NCBI GenBank assembly: GCA_964016885.1
Contig: OZ024740.1
Location: forward strand, 122,822,001-122,886,000
Length of the DNA: 64,000 bases
Direction: 5' to 3'
Source of the DNA: Eledone cirrhosa
Taxonomy: Eukaryota
Part shown: positions 12,192 through 25,610 of the stretch, in pieces
How the letters are laid out: every line of letters begins with the position of its first letter
Numbering within the stretch: the stretch's first letter is position 1
Notes under the pieces: model-generated
Told to the model about the DNA's origin: nothing
The model's input: the letters and a program-made list of their open reading frames with translations, nothing else
Database searches by the model: none
Made by a program: the position numbers and the translations under genes

Positions 12192-12603
12192 GGCTGTCCA
12201 AGTAAATGGTAATATTTATGTATTTCATTATCTGGTGGTAGGAGAGGGTGGGGATTGGTTGAAGGATTTAAAGAAAGGGGATTCATTAAAAGCTAATTCT
12301 TTAAAGCTATAATATTAACAAAGGCAGAAAGAATACTGTAAACAAGTTCAAAATTGGAATACCAATCCTTGTTTATCACTTAAAGTAACAATGCCTGTAA
12401 GACAGGTGTCTACAGGATGGGTGGGGTTCAATGGTTTAAAGAAAAGGGAAATTCTTTAGAAGCTAATTCTTTAAGGCTAAAATGAGGGTGACAAAGGTAG
12501 AAAAGGTTCCATCAACAGAATTATGGGTTGGGGTGAAGCCCCTATAATGGTTTTGAGTACCTTACTTACTGTGGTTACCTCCAATTCAACCCGGAATAAC
12601 TTA

Positions 12604-13493
12604 TCTATATATATAAAACTGAGGATGTCTGTCGGCGTGTGTGTGAGTTTAAATCCCTAAAACTCGAGAAACACCCAACCGACTGTTTTCAAACTTTACA
12701 CATGTAATACTTATGTTTCAGGGAGTGTTCTGAGCAAAAACAATTTCAAATGTTCAATGCCCAAGGGACCGCATTAGGCGATTTAGCGATCTCTCTCTAT
12801 AATTCTTAGCCTTTCTCTTTTTAGTTAGATACATACATATAACGTCGCACCCTTATAATATCTGTCTGTATGCCTGACTGTCTGCATTACGTCACTTCCC
12901 TGAGGCTGTCTGTGTGTGTGAGTTTGAATCCTTAAAACTCTAGAAATACCCAACAGACTTTTTCAAACTTTAAATGTGTATTACTTATGTTTCAGGGAGT
13001 GTTATGCCAGTAAAGAAATGCAACGTTTTGATCCCTAGGGTCCGCATTAGGTGAAAAACTGCGTTTTTTTCAGGTTTTTAGGTTTTTTTGAGGCGTTACG
13101 TCAGACCTTTTCCCTTGAAATTGTAACTATGTATTAGTCAGTCTCTTCCTCATACCGTGAGCAAAGAAAATCAAAATTTGTTATGGCATTAGGTGAAAAA
13201 CTTCATTTTTTTCAGCTTTTGAGGGCTTTTTTGAGGCGTTACGTCTAGCCGATTAAGCTCGAAATTTCAAGGCATATTATGCACATAAAAAAATTCATTT
13301 TCTTGATCCCCTAGTGATAACCTGCATTGTTCCTGCTTCATCGAGTAAAATCTTAAAGATTATGCAGCCATCAGAGTATTCGGTTTATTTTCTTTACATA
13401 TTGTCCAGGCATGCAGTTTTTCCACGATTAGGTCTGTTGGCGGTCCGTGTTCAAAAATACCTTATACTGTGCTACGCCGGGTACCACTGCTAG
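12604..13493 (+). mobile_element. Non-autonomous Helitron-like element
   Basis: 5' A|TCTATATATATAAAA; 3' GC-rich gctacgccggg then CTAG|T; no TSD; internal direct repeats (about 12617 vs 12900 and 13045 vs 13187). Confidence 0.7.
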
Positions 13494-13509
13494 TCTTATA
13501 TATATATAT

Positions 13510-16500
13510 GTAAATATATTTAAGTCGTTTGGAAGCCTCGACAATGCAAATGGGTAAATCTCCGGGTAACAAGATCCGGTGGTGGAGAGAGAGATGTAAG
13601 TGGGTGTAGGTTGAGATGGGTGGTGTGTATAAGATGTGTAGAAGAATGAAGGAAAGAGTATAAAGGATAAAATAAAAATAAAAATAACAACACGAGAGAG
13701 AGTTACCTTGGGAGAGATGTAATTGTCCCTATATATTTCGGATTCCCTTCCATCAACTGGGTTTTTTTTCCAGATGCAGCGATCCCGCGAGTGGTGTCAC
13801 TCATACCAAGCGATTCCTCGAGGTGCTGGAGACGAACGGGTACCCTACCTTGCTCACAGACAGAATAGAAGACACCAGACACAAGAGACAGAGAGGCACC
13901 CAAGGCAAGTGCTTCCTTAAAATGCCACACCTGGGCGAGAATACCACCAACGCTATCCGCAAGGCTATACGGAGGGAGGGCCTCGACATCCACCTGGCCC
14001 ACTCGGGCCCCTCCCTGCGAAGATGCCTCTCCAGGAAACCCGGGAAATCTACTGACGCATGCTCCCTCAGAGACTGCCCGATACGCCATGCGAACTGTTG
14101 CCTACGCACACACGTTGTGTATAAGATAGAATGTGACAGGTGCAACCAATACTACATAGGTAGCACAATCCGACCTTGGCACATCCGGATCAAGTAACTC
14201 ACTAAAACCAGGGCCTCGTCTTTCCGGAAACACATAGACAAATGCGGAAACAAAGACGGAAGGCCCATTGTCACAATTCTAGCGACTGAAAGAAACGTCG
14301 GCACGTTACGTATCAAGGAAGCGCTTTTTATCAAACGCATGCAGCCGCAAATAAACAATCGATCCGAGAGAAGCGAAATGAGATGGCTGGTTTAAGTTAA
14401 CAAACGATGCAACAACACACGCACACACACACAAACGAGACAACTACACACACACACGAACACACACACAGTAGCATTCCACCATACGAACATACTACAC
14501 TGCCAATACAGAGGAACAAGGCAACAACACACGCACACACACACACAGTAACATTTAACAAACAGGCAGAGAATGGACTGACAGCTAGCGCCACCCCACT
14601 CCCTCATTCGGCCGCTGACCTCTGCCCGACCGACCCCATTCCACGCGCACGTGCGCTATGCTGAATACCTCAGATATTCAAAACAACAAACAGCGGTGGA
14701 CGCGTTTCGCACCTTTCCGACAAACAACCTTTCCCCCACCCCGGAAAAAAACCCCAGTTGATGGATGTGAATCCGAAATATATAGGGACAATTAAATCTC
14801 TCCCAAAGTAACTCTCTCTCTCGTGTTGTTATTTTTATTTTTATTTTTATTTTTATTTTATCCTTTATACTCTTTCCTTCATTCTTCTACACATCTTATA
14901 CACACCACACATCTCAACGTACACCCACTTACATCTCTCTCTCCACCACCGGATCTTGTTACCCGGAGATTAACCCATTTGCATTGTCGAGGCTTCCAAA
15001 CGACTTAAAGATATTTACTTATTATTCCACAATGCTTCAAGCAAACTTCAATACTCTCATTTCCTTACACCTGAGCCAGGAATTGTTTTCATCCGTACGG
15101 AACTGTTTAGACTGTCGGAGAAATGGGCCAATGCTGGCTGTCAAATTATTTTCCTGAAACGCTGCCTAAAAAACGATGTCATCCCCAACACCATCAGGAA
15201 CATCCGCTTACCAGTAAGCTTACGTACACCAGCTTTCCAAAACACCACTAACCGCATACATCGCACGTGTATTAAACAGATCCTGAGACATCTCAACCGC
15301 CAATTACACGTCCATAAGCGGACACTCTCAGAGCGGACACATCGACTGCCAATAGCACCCGGGGACTTGCTCCTGAAAATCACTAAAGCAATCGACCAGT
15401 GCTAGCACTCCAGAGTCCAATACGAATAAAAACGGCTCAAGCGAAAATATGAGTGGATCTTGTCGAAACGCCACAACGAGAACATCGACACTAACGAACA
15501 GACGGACCAGAACCAACCACATGGAAAACAACAACTTAACAACCGTCACCGCCGCATCCACCAACACCGAGCCATACCTCAACGATCCGACGCACCTGGT
15601 CACCGACCTAACCGGCACTCTCATGAGCGACGAGCTGAAACTCCTACTCGTCGGACCCAAGTTCATCGTCTCACAACGTCTCGACGACAGACTCAAACTC
15701 AACATCGAGGCCAACTTTTGTCGAGCCGCTTACCAACTTAAATGGGTGACCGCCATCAACAGCGCCACAGAAAATAACAGCGCCCACGCAACCCACCCCA
15801 AGTTCCCCACTTACCACCCCGACAACCCACTCCACCCCCCACCCACCAACCACGAACTCGACACTAAACTCATCAGGCTAAAACACTCCATCTCGAATAT
15901 ACTTCACAAACACACACACACACGCACAACACATAACCTCACCAAATCTCAACTCACCACCCTCTCCAACCTAAAATCGAAGAACCTCATCTATCTCCCC
16001 TCCGACAAGGGAAAATAATTCTGCCTCATCAGCAGAGAGGCCTACAACTCCCTGGCCCTCCAACACCTTGACGATGACAACCTCTACTCCAAGGTCACGG
16101 GAATCACTCCCGCGCAGATAGAAGAGCACATCAACACCGCCTGGACCAACATCTGCGACCGGCGGAAGCTCCCGAAGAAGCTGAGATACACCCTCCTCAC
16201 GAGGAACAGCAGACTACCCGCCTTCTACCACCTCGTGAAAACACACAAACAGGGACCCGACCTGAAGATCAGGCCCATCGTTTCGAGCGTGGAGGGACCA
16301 CTCTACAAAATTTCATGGCTCCTAGTCAGAATACTCAAATCCATCTCAGACACCTTGCCGGGACACGTTAACAGCTCCGAGGAGGTGTTGAAACGCCTGC
16401 ATCAAATAGATCCCGACACCAGACGGAATAACAGATATGCCTTCAGCCTTGATGTAGTCGCTCTCTACACCTCGGTCCCGGCACTCCCGGCCGTCAATAT

Positions 16501-18339
16501 ACTGATGGAACGAGTCCAATCCACCGACCTACACTGCTTCGGGCTCACCACCACTGACATCCACCAACTCCTATCCATCGTCGTCGACAACACCTTCGGA
16601 TTCCTTGACCAAACATACCAACAAACCTCGGGATTGCCCATGGGATCAAGCCTGTCAGGTGTGCTAGCGATCTCTTACATGGACAACCTCGAGCGCAAGG
16701 CACTCAACGCCTGCCACCCCAACGCCGTAGCCTTTTTCTCAATGTACGTGGACGATATCCTCATCCTCACATCTTCCCATGAGACGGCAAACAGAATCTA
16801 TGAGACGTTCAACAACACGGACGAGAACATTGACTTCAGTGTTGAACACCCCAACGAAGACGGGTCACTTGCCCTCCTCGACTTCCGATTCAACATCACG
16901 GAACAGCGAAGGATCCACTGCAACTTCTACCGAAAGGCCGCCTGCAGGGACCTGTTCGTTCACTACAAGTCCGCCCTCCCTAACAGTGCCAAAAGAGGAT
17001 ACATCACGAACGAGATCGCGCGAATCAAAAACAGATGCAGCGATCCCGCGAGTGGTGTCACTCATACCAAGCGATTCCTCGAGGTGCTGGAGACGAACGG
17101 GTACCCTACCTCGCTCACAGACAGAATAGGAGACACCAGACACAAGAGACAGAGAGGCACCCAAGGCAAGTGCTTCCTTAAAATGCCACACCTGGGCGAG
17201 AATACCACCAACGCTATCCGCAAGGCTATACGGAGGGAGGGCCTCGACATCCACCTGGCCCACTCGGGCCTCTCCCTGCGAAGATGCTTATCCGGGAAAT
17301 CTACTGACGCATGCTCCCTCAGAGACTGCCCGATACGCCATGCGAACTGTTGCCTACGCACATACGTCGTGTATAAGATAGAATGTGACAGGTGCAACAA
17401 ATACTACATAGGTAGCACAATCCGACCTTTTCACATCTGGATCAAGGAACACACTAAAACCAGGGCCTCGTCTTTCCGGAAACACATAGACAAATGCGGA
17501 AACAAAGACGGAAGGCCCATTGTCACAATTCTAGCGACTGAAAGAAACGTCGGCACGTTACGTATCAAGGAAGCGCTTTTTATCAAACGCATGCAACCGC
17601 AAATAAACAATCGATCCGAGAGAAGCGAAATGAGATGGCTGGTTTAAGTTAACAAACGATGCAGCAACACACGCACACACACACACACAAACGAGACAAC
17701 TACACACACGCACACACACACAGTAGCATTCCACCATACGAACATACTACACTGCCAATACAGAGGAACAAGGCAACAACACACGCACACACACACTCAA
17801 GCGAGACAACAACACACGCACACACATACACAGTAACATTTAACAAACAGGCCGAGAATGGACTGACAGCTAGCGCCACCCCACTCCCTCATTCGGCCGC
17901 TGACCTCTGCCCGACCGACCCCATTTCACGCGCACGCGCGCTATGCTGAATACCTTAGATATTCAAAACAACAAACAGCGGAGGACGCGTTTCGCACCTT
18001 TCCGACAAACAACCTTTCCCCCACCTCGGAAAAAAACCCCAGTTGATGGATGTGAATCCGAAATGTATAGGGATAATTAAATCTCTCCCAAGGTAACTCT
18101 CTCTCTCGTGTTGTTATTTTTATTTTTATTTTTTTTTAATTTTATCCTTTATACTCTTTCCTTCATTCTTCTACACATCTTATACACACCACGCATCTCA
18201 ACGTACACCCACATACATCTCTCTCTCCACCACCGGATCTTGTTACCCGGAGATTAACCCATTTGCATTGTCGAGGCTTCCAAACGACTTAATGATATTT
18301 ACTTATTATTCCACAATGCTTCAAGCAAACTTCAATACA

Positions 18340-18344
<5 letters not shown>
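13510..18344 (+). mobile_element. Penelope-like retroelement: inverted pLTR piece, partial tandem copy and full-length copy
   Basis: 13510-13771 is the reverse complement of the pLTR 3' part; 13771-15059 repeats at 17032-18344; the element end includes the first codons of its own ORF (atgcttcaagcaaac at 15032 and 18316); (TA)n on both sides. Confidence 0.93.
15032..17647 (+). pseudogene. PLE reverse transcriptase and GIY-YIG endonuclease ORF, disrupted
   Basis: IFLKRC N-terminal motif, SDKGK* (TAA 16016-16018, in frame with 16235), KTHK..IRPIVS, SLDVVALYTSVP, GLPMGSSLS, YVDD, LALLDF, Cys-rich linker, VVYKIEC..YYIGST; frameshifts before about 15450. Confidence 0.9.
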
Positions 18345-18411
<67 letters not shown>

Positions 18412-18517
18412 TATAAGTATTGAAATTTCCGTTGAAAACAGAAAAGGTCATAAAAGTGAAGAGTGCTCTATGTAAGTACCAGAGCAAAATTTAATGTATA
18501 AAAATCAATACAATATA

Positions 18518-18595
18518 ATTACCTCATTACCAGAGGTTTCCCGAATGAGGGGAATACGAAAGAAACGTCTTCATTCGTTGGTCAGACGAGGCAAT
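18518..18595 (-). ncRNA. Type I hammerhead, left-arm copy with core mutation (CUGACCA)
   Basis: Reverse complement of the 23402-23479 motif with G8 changed to C. Confidence 0.6.
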
Positions 18596-21500
18596 ATAAA
18601 ACATGGCTAAATACTTGGAAAGTCTCATCAAGAAAAGCAAAAAAAAAAAAAAAAAAAAAAAGTATATAAATATAGACAAATGAATTACAATAGCCATATG
18701 AAATATATAAAAATCTTACAAGAAATATAGTTACGTGTGTGTATAAGTATGTACATACGCTCACAGATGTACATATATGTGCATGTACAAATGTGTACGT
18801 ATAGTGAAAAAGTGTGCGTAAATATATGTATTAGGGCAAGTGTATCTGTGTATCTGTAACTACAGACAGACATGATGTGGTTTTCTGTTTGGCAGGTACA
18901 CAGAAAAATAGGGTATTAGATACATTATAAGAATATGAAGGCACGCGTATAAAAACACCCACACGCACGTACACTTATATGCGGAAGTAAAAGAGGTAAG
19001 GGAGTGTAATAATTAAAATAAAGTATCATTCTCGATATATTTATAAAAATGGAAAAATAATTTCGAAAGAAAAAATTAAAGAAAAGAAGACAAACAAGGT
19101 ACACGCGTACACACACACGTATATTTACAAGAAACGTATATCTATAAGAAATATATATATATATACACGCAAAAAACGTGCAGACAAAAGCGTATGCAAG
19201 CACATCTACACACACAGGATGCACATATATACGCATATACGCCTCCCCCATGTATATCTAATCACGCGCACGAACGTGACTGTATACACACTCGCACACA
19301 CACACACACACACAAAAATATACATGCTTATATACACACGCACACTTACACATCCATACACTCGGTACGTACATACACATACACATACACTCACGCATAT
19401 TGACCTGTTTACATGCACATGCATAAAAATGAGGATGTAAAAAAAGAAGAAAAAAACATAGATGTAAAAACTCGGATATAAAGACACATATACATACACA
19501 TATATATATACACGCACGCGCGCGCACATACGGAGGCGTTCGTGTAAATATATAGAAAGTATACACACATTAAGGCGTTCAGACACATAGATACAGGGTG
19601 TAAAAAACCTTGTGGATAAGTAAGTACAAATATAAAATTATAAGATTGGCTGCGAAAAAATAAAATAATATATCTGGGGTGGAAAACACAAGTCACCGTA
19701 TAATCAGTTAGTGAAGAAAATAGGGAAGTAAAAAGTGGAAAGTGAAGATATTAGGTAAGTGAATCGGATAATAAAGGGGGGGGGTTATTGGTGGATGTGA
19801 AGTAAAAAATAAAAAATAAAAAAAATATAAAAGTAAAAATTAAAATAAAAATGAAATTAATAATAAGGATAAAAATGAAAGTAAATCAGAAAGGGTAGTT
19901 ATAAAGAGAATAATAAGAGTTTATGGAGGATAAGTATCTGAAAGTGTGTTAAGTTTTTATGAGCTGGAAAGCAGGTGTGATTTCATGTGTGGGCAACTGG
20001 TGAAAATTTCCGTCTTTGTGTTCAGGCAGGTCTTTGGTGATTTAAGATTTTGCAAGATCCAATATTTTTCATTTATACAGAGCGTTCATTTTCTTGTTCC
20101 TCTTGCATATTCTTTAGATTGGTTCAAAATTGACCAATCCAATTTATATTGGATCCCATATTCTGCTAGCCAGAGCTGTTGTAAATCTTTTTTCTGGATG
20201 TCGAAAGGATGCGACATGTGAGTAATAACGCGTTTTGAATTTGTCTTGCGTCATACCCACATATCATTCACTGGTGGCTGGATGGTTGTCACTGTAGCCG
20301 CATATACAATGGCTTTGGTGTTGCATTTACCTTGTAATGGGCATTCACTTTTGATTCTACAGGAGCAATTTTGATGTTCTCTAGGTAATTTTTTGTTGAT
20401 GATATAGGACTTAATAGGGGGACCTCAGGAATAGCTAATTTTGACACAGTTTCTATTAAAGATCTTATAGTATCTATGTGTTCTGGGGAAATGTTTATCT
20501 AGGAGCTCTAGGAATTTTTTGCCTACATTAGTTTTAACTGCTAGAGAGTGGGTGGGGGTGGGGTGAACCAGATTATTTTTCTTTTCCTGTTTTTATGTTT
20601 AATAGAGTTAGTATAGTTGGGTATGTATTTAATCGGTTCGCTAAAACCGCTATTTTGGAGGGCTTTATTATAGTAGGGGGATGCCTTATTAAAAATAGCT
20701 TCTGAGGAAGAGAGGGTGGAGATCCTACGGCTAATATTAGGGATAAGGTTTTTAAAACTATAGGAGGATGGCAAGAGCCTTTATTCATATATTTTAAGTT
20801 TTCATTAGGTTTATGGTATGGTTTATAAGAAGCAGTAGGCAAATCTAGGTTTATATCTAGGAAATCTACTTTGGAAAGTTTAGTGTCAATAGTAATTTTA
20901 AGATTAAAACTAGCGAAGGTTTTTATTAAGTCTTTCCTTAATCTATCTAAGTTATGGCCTATGGTGGTATGGGAAAGTATTAGACCATCGTGGCGATAAA
21001 GTCCAAACGATGGTCTAATACTTTCCCATACCATAACTTAGATAGATTAAGGAAAGACTTAATAAAAACCTTCGCTAGTTTTAATCTTAAAATTACTATT
21101 GAAACTAACCTTTCCAATGTAGATTTCCTAGATATAAACCTAGATTTGCCTACTGCTTCTTATAAACCATACCATAAACCTAATGAAAACTTAAAATATA
21201 TAAATAAAGGCTCTTGCCATCCTCCTATAGTTTTTAAAACCTTATCCCTAATATTAGCCGTAGGATCTCCACCCTCTCTTCCTCAGAAACTATTTTTAAT
21301 AAGGCATCCTCCTACTATAATAAAGCCCTCAAAAATAGCGGTTTTAGCGAACCGATTAAATACATACCCAACTATACTAACTATATTAAACAAAAACAGG
21401 AAAAGAAAAAAATCTGGTTCACACCCCCCTACTCTCCAGCAGTTAAAACTAATGTAGGCAAACAATTCCTAGAGCTCCTAGATAAACATTTCCCTAGAAC

Positions 21501-22460
21501 ACATAGATACTATAAGATCTTTAATAGAAACTGTGTCAACATTAGCTATTCCTGCGGTCCCCCTATTAAGTCCTATATCATCAACAAAAATCACCTAGAG
21601 AACATCAAAATTGCTCCTGTAGAATCAAAAGTGAATGCCCATTACAAGGTAAATGCAACACCAAAGCCATTGTATATGCGGCTAAAGTGACAACCATCCA
21701 GCCACCAGTGAACGATATGTGGGTATGACGCAAGACAAATTCAAAACGCGTTATTACTCACATGTCGCATCCTTTCGACATCCAGAAAAAAGATTTACAA
21801 CAGCTCTGGCTAGCAGAATATGGGATTTGAAAGACCAAGGTATCCAATATAAATTGGATTGGTCAATTTTGAACCAATCTAAAGAATATGCAAGAGGAAC
21901 AAGAAAATGCACGCTCTGCATAAATGATAAATATTGGATCTTGCAAAATCTTAAATCACCAAAGACCTGCCTGAACACAAAGACGGAAATTTTCACCAGT
22001 TGCCCACACATGAAATCACACCTGCTTTCCAGCTCATATAAACTTAACACACTTTCAGATACTTATCCTCCATAAACTCTTATTATTCTCTTTATAACTA
22101 CCCTTTCTGATTTACTTTCATTTTTATCCTTATTATTAATTTCATTTTTATATTTTTTTTATTTTTTACTTCACATCCACCAATAACCCCCCTCCCCATT
22201 TATTCTCCGATTCACTTACCTAATATCTTCACTTTCCACTTTTTACTTCCCTATTTTCTTCACTACCTGATTATTCAGTTACTTGCGTTTTCCACTCCAG
22301 ATATATTTTTTTATTTTTTCGCAGCCAATCTTATAATTTTATATTTGTATTTACTTATCCACAAGGTTTTTTACACCCTGTATCTATGAGTCTGAACGCC
22401 TTAATGTGTGTATACTTTCTATATATGTACACGAACGCCTCCGCATGTGCGCGCGCGTGC

Positions 22461-22502
<42 letters not shown>

Positions 22503-23401
22503 ATGTATATGTGTCTTTATATCCGTGTTTTTACATCTATGTTTTTTGTTTTGTTTTTTTACATCCTCATTTTTATGCGTGTGCATGTAAACAGGTCAAT
22601 ATGCGTGAGTGTATGTATGTGTGTGTGTGTATGTACGTACCGAATGTATGGATTTGTAAGTGTGCGTGTGTATATAAGCATGTATATTTTTGTGTGTGTG
22701 CGAGTGTGTATACAGTCGCGTGCGTGCGCGTGATTAGATATACATGGGGCGAGGCGTATATGCGTATATATGTGCATCCTGTGTGTGTAGATGTGCTTGC
22801 ATACGCTTTTGTCTGCACGTTTTTCGCGTGTATATATATATATTTCTTATAGATATACGTTTCTTGTAAATATACGTGTGTGTGTACGCGTGTACCTTGT
22901 TTGTCTTCTTTTCTTTAATTTTTTCTTTCGAAATTATTTTTCCATTTTTATAAATATATCGAGAATGATACTTTATTTTAATTATTACACTCCCTTACCT
23001 CTTTTACATCCGCATATAAGTGTACGTGCGTGTGGGTGTTTTTATACGCGTGCCTTCATATTCTTATAATGTATCTAATACCCTATTTTTCTGTGTACCT
23101 GCCAAACAGAAAACCACATCATGTCTGCCTGTAGTTACAGATACACAGATACACTTGCCCTAACACATATATTTACGCACACTTTTTCACTATACGTACA
23201 CATTTGTACATACACATATATGTACATCTGTAAGCGTATATACATACATATACACACACCTAACTATATTTCTTGAAAGATTTTTATATATTTCATATGG
23301 CTATTGTAATTCATTTGTCTATATTTATATAACATTTTTTTTTTTTTTTTTTTTTTTTGCTTTTCTTGATGAGACTTTCCAAGTATTTAGCCATGTTTTA
23401 T

Positions 23402-23479
23402 ATTGCCTCGTCTGACGAACGAATGAAGACGTTTCTTTCGTATTAGCCTAATTCGGGAAACCTCTGGTAATGAGGTAAT
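23402..23479 (+). ncRNA. Type I hammerhead ribozyme in PLE 3' region
   Basis: attgcctcgt-CTGACGA-acgaat...attcgg-GAAA-cc(tct)gg-TA-atgaggtaat; 10-bp stem I with two GU pairs; GUA cleavage after 23469. Confidence 0.78.
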
Positions 23480-24144
23480 TATATTGTATTGATTTGTATA
23501 CATTATATATATATATATATACATCGTTTGATGTCCATCTTCCACGCTGACATGAGTAGGACGGGCTGTGCTCTTTTGTTGTGGCTCTTGGGCAGAGAGG
23601 AGGCTCACTTCATGGAGGACATATTTTGTCTATACATTTGACTGAGTCCCGTAATTTAGCAGTTCAACAAAAAGAGATCAATACAATAAGTAGGAAATTT
23701 GAAATAAATATGTACTGGGATGAATATTATTGACTAAAATCTATTAAGTTTGTGCCAGTATGGCTGTAGTCTGATGACTGAAAAAATTAAAACAATAAAA
23801 GAATATGTTTTGACTCACACCTTTTGAGGAATATATTTTGCTAGATAATCAACTTCTTTTCCTTCTAATAATTTGTTTCACTTATTTTTCTAATTGAAGC
23901 CACAAGATGACTGGTAAGTTTCTTTTTATTATATCCATTTTGCTGACAAGAATGTTTTTTAATGTTTAAAAAATGTTTCACTTTTAGCAGTCTTAGTCAT
24001 CAGCTAAGAAGTAAATAGTAAGAGCAGACTGTAGAAATCTCCTGAAACTAGGATGTGAAGATGTCAATGTTGCCTTTAAAATAAATGTATGTGTATGTAT
24101 ATATATATATAAATATATATTTATTAAAATAACAGATTGAAGTT

Positions 24145-24181
<37 letters not shown>

Positions 24182-24667
24182 GGAGCTCATAGATAGGACA
24201 ACACACGGTTTTTCGTGGGGGTAAGTTTTTACTAATTTTCGTATTCTGAAAGACCAAAATACAACAAAAGATTTTTGCTCATTGGACGCCGGGAATGCTC
24301 TGACAAAAGCTGTGGAAGCTATAGAAATATTCCATATATTCTTCCAGGGCAATCTCTATTTTAAAAAAATTTCATTTTACGCTTGCTTGTCCACCATTGC
24401 ACAAGGCCATGAATTCAAATTTTGAAAAGAAAGGAAAAAAGGGACAAATGAACTATGAACTTGTATATCTCACTGCCCCCCACCACCACAATAACGTCTA
24501 CACTCGCTCCCCACAACCACAACATAACTCATTACCTATCTAGGGTGGTTGAGCTGTTGACAAACTGCTAACTCCTTTGTATGTGTATATATATATAGAT
24601 ATATATGTATATCTATGTATATATGTATGTATATATATATATCTCAGTGGATGCTACCTGATTTCAA

Positions 24668-25420
24668 TACAGCAACAACTACAACAACAACAGCAACTAC
24701 AACAACAGCGACTGCAAAAACAACAACAGCAACAACACCATTGTCTGTGTTGAATGTCTGTGTATGTATGTATATATATAGATGTGTATGTATATATATA
24801 TGTATGCGCATATATCACACACGCGAAGCGAACAAATTTCAAAATTTCAATCCAGTGACTACAACAACGGCAACAGCACCATTGTCTGCAGCATCAGTAT
24901 CAGTGAAATGAACAACAACGGCAGCAGCAGCAACAACAACAACATCAACAACAGCAACAACAGCAACGACAACAACAACAACTGCCACCACCATCACTGA
25001 CACCATCCACCACCACCACCATCCACCACCTTCACCACCACCACAACCGCCACCACCACCATCCACCACCGCCACCATCGCCACCATCACTGACATCATC
25101 CACCATCCACCACCACCACCATCACCATACTGACACCATCCACCACCTTCACCACCACCACCATCAACTCCATCAGTGTCACCATCCACCACCATCAATG
25201 ACACCATCCACCACCTTCAACACCACTACCACCACCACCACCATCACTGTCAGCATCCAGCACCCTCACCATCACTGACACCAACCACCACCACCACCAT
25301 CTTCACCATCACTGACATCATCCACCACGATCACCACCACCATTCACCACCACTGGCACCATCCACCTCCACCACCATCACCGTCACTGACATCATCCAC
25401 CATCACCACCATCACCAGTG
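24668..25420. repeat. Low-complexity (CAA/CAG)n and (CAC/CAT)n region
   Basis: Degenerate trinucleotide arrays with recurring catcactgaca subunits. Confidence 0.85.
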
Positions 25421-25444
25421 ATCAGGCCTTAAAAACAACTATAA

Positions 25445-25610
25445 TAATAATTGTTTCTACTTTTGGCATAAGGCTAGCAACTACCCAGTACATTACTGGT
25501 ACTTTATTTTATCGACCTCGTAAGGATGAAAGGCAAAGTTAACCTCGGCGGGATTTGAACTCAGATCGTAAAGGGACGTAACTATGCTGGAATACTGCCA
25601 ATTCACCATA
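25445..25610 (-). mobile_element. tRNA-derived SINE (family A)
   Basis: ggtactttattttatcgacc...ggcaaagttaacctcggcgggatttgaactcag. Confidence 0.8.

Larger units (their letters stand above)
18415..23505. mobile_element. Second PLE family, 5'-truncated and arranged as a 5-kb palindrome
   Basis: Arms 18492-20991 and 21007-23505 are reverse complements; they encode GLYRHDGL, VDFLDINLDL, CSCRIKSECPLQGKC, AIVY...GMTQDKFKTRYYSH (GIY-YIG) and RKCTLC; (TA)n on both sides. Confidence 0.9.

Noticed and set aside
14690-14745. Minus-strand GAAACGCGUC resembling the 3' half of a hammerhead (also about 17980)
   Set aside because: No CUGANGA upstream on that strand
18085-18300. Intron in the PLE pseudo-LTR (aag|gtaact followed by a pyrimidine-rich tract)
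   Set aside because: Plausible by analogy with Penelope, but the 14800 copy differs at the donor context and no acceptor could be fixed
21600-22075. Selenoprotein-type PLE with in-frame UGA at Cys positions, as reported for some Naiad elements
   Set aside because: The Cys codons I checked (CSC, CPL..C, CTLC, SCPH) are TGC/TGT
23896-23920. Possible micro-exon (aag|ccacaagatgactg|gtaagt)
   Set aside because: Splice-like motifs alone are too common in AT-rich DNA
23941-24010. Minus-strand CTGATGA...GAAA...GTC
   Set aside because: Stems I and II do not pair convincingly; compatible with chance
24615-25421. His/Thr/Asn-rich ORFs
   Set aside because: Trinucleotide low complexity open in several frames; no domain or splice support
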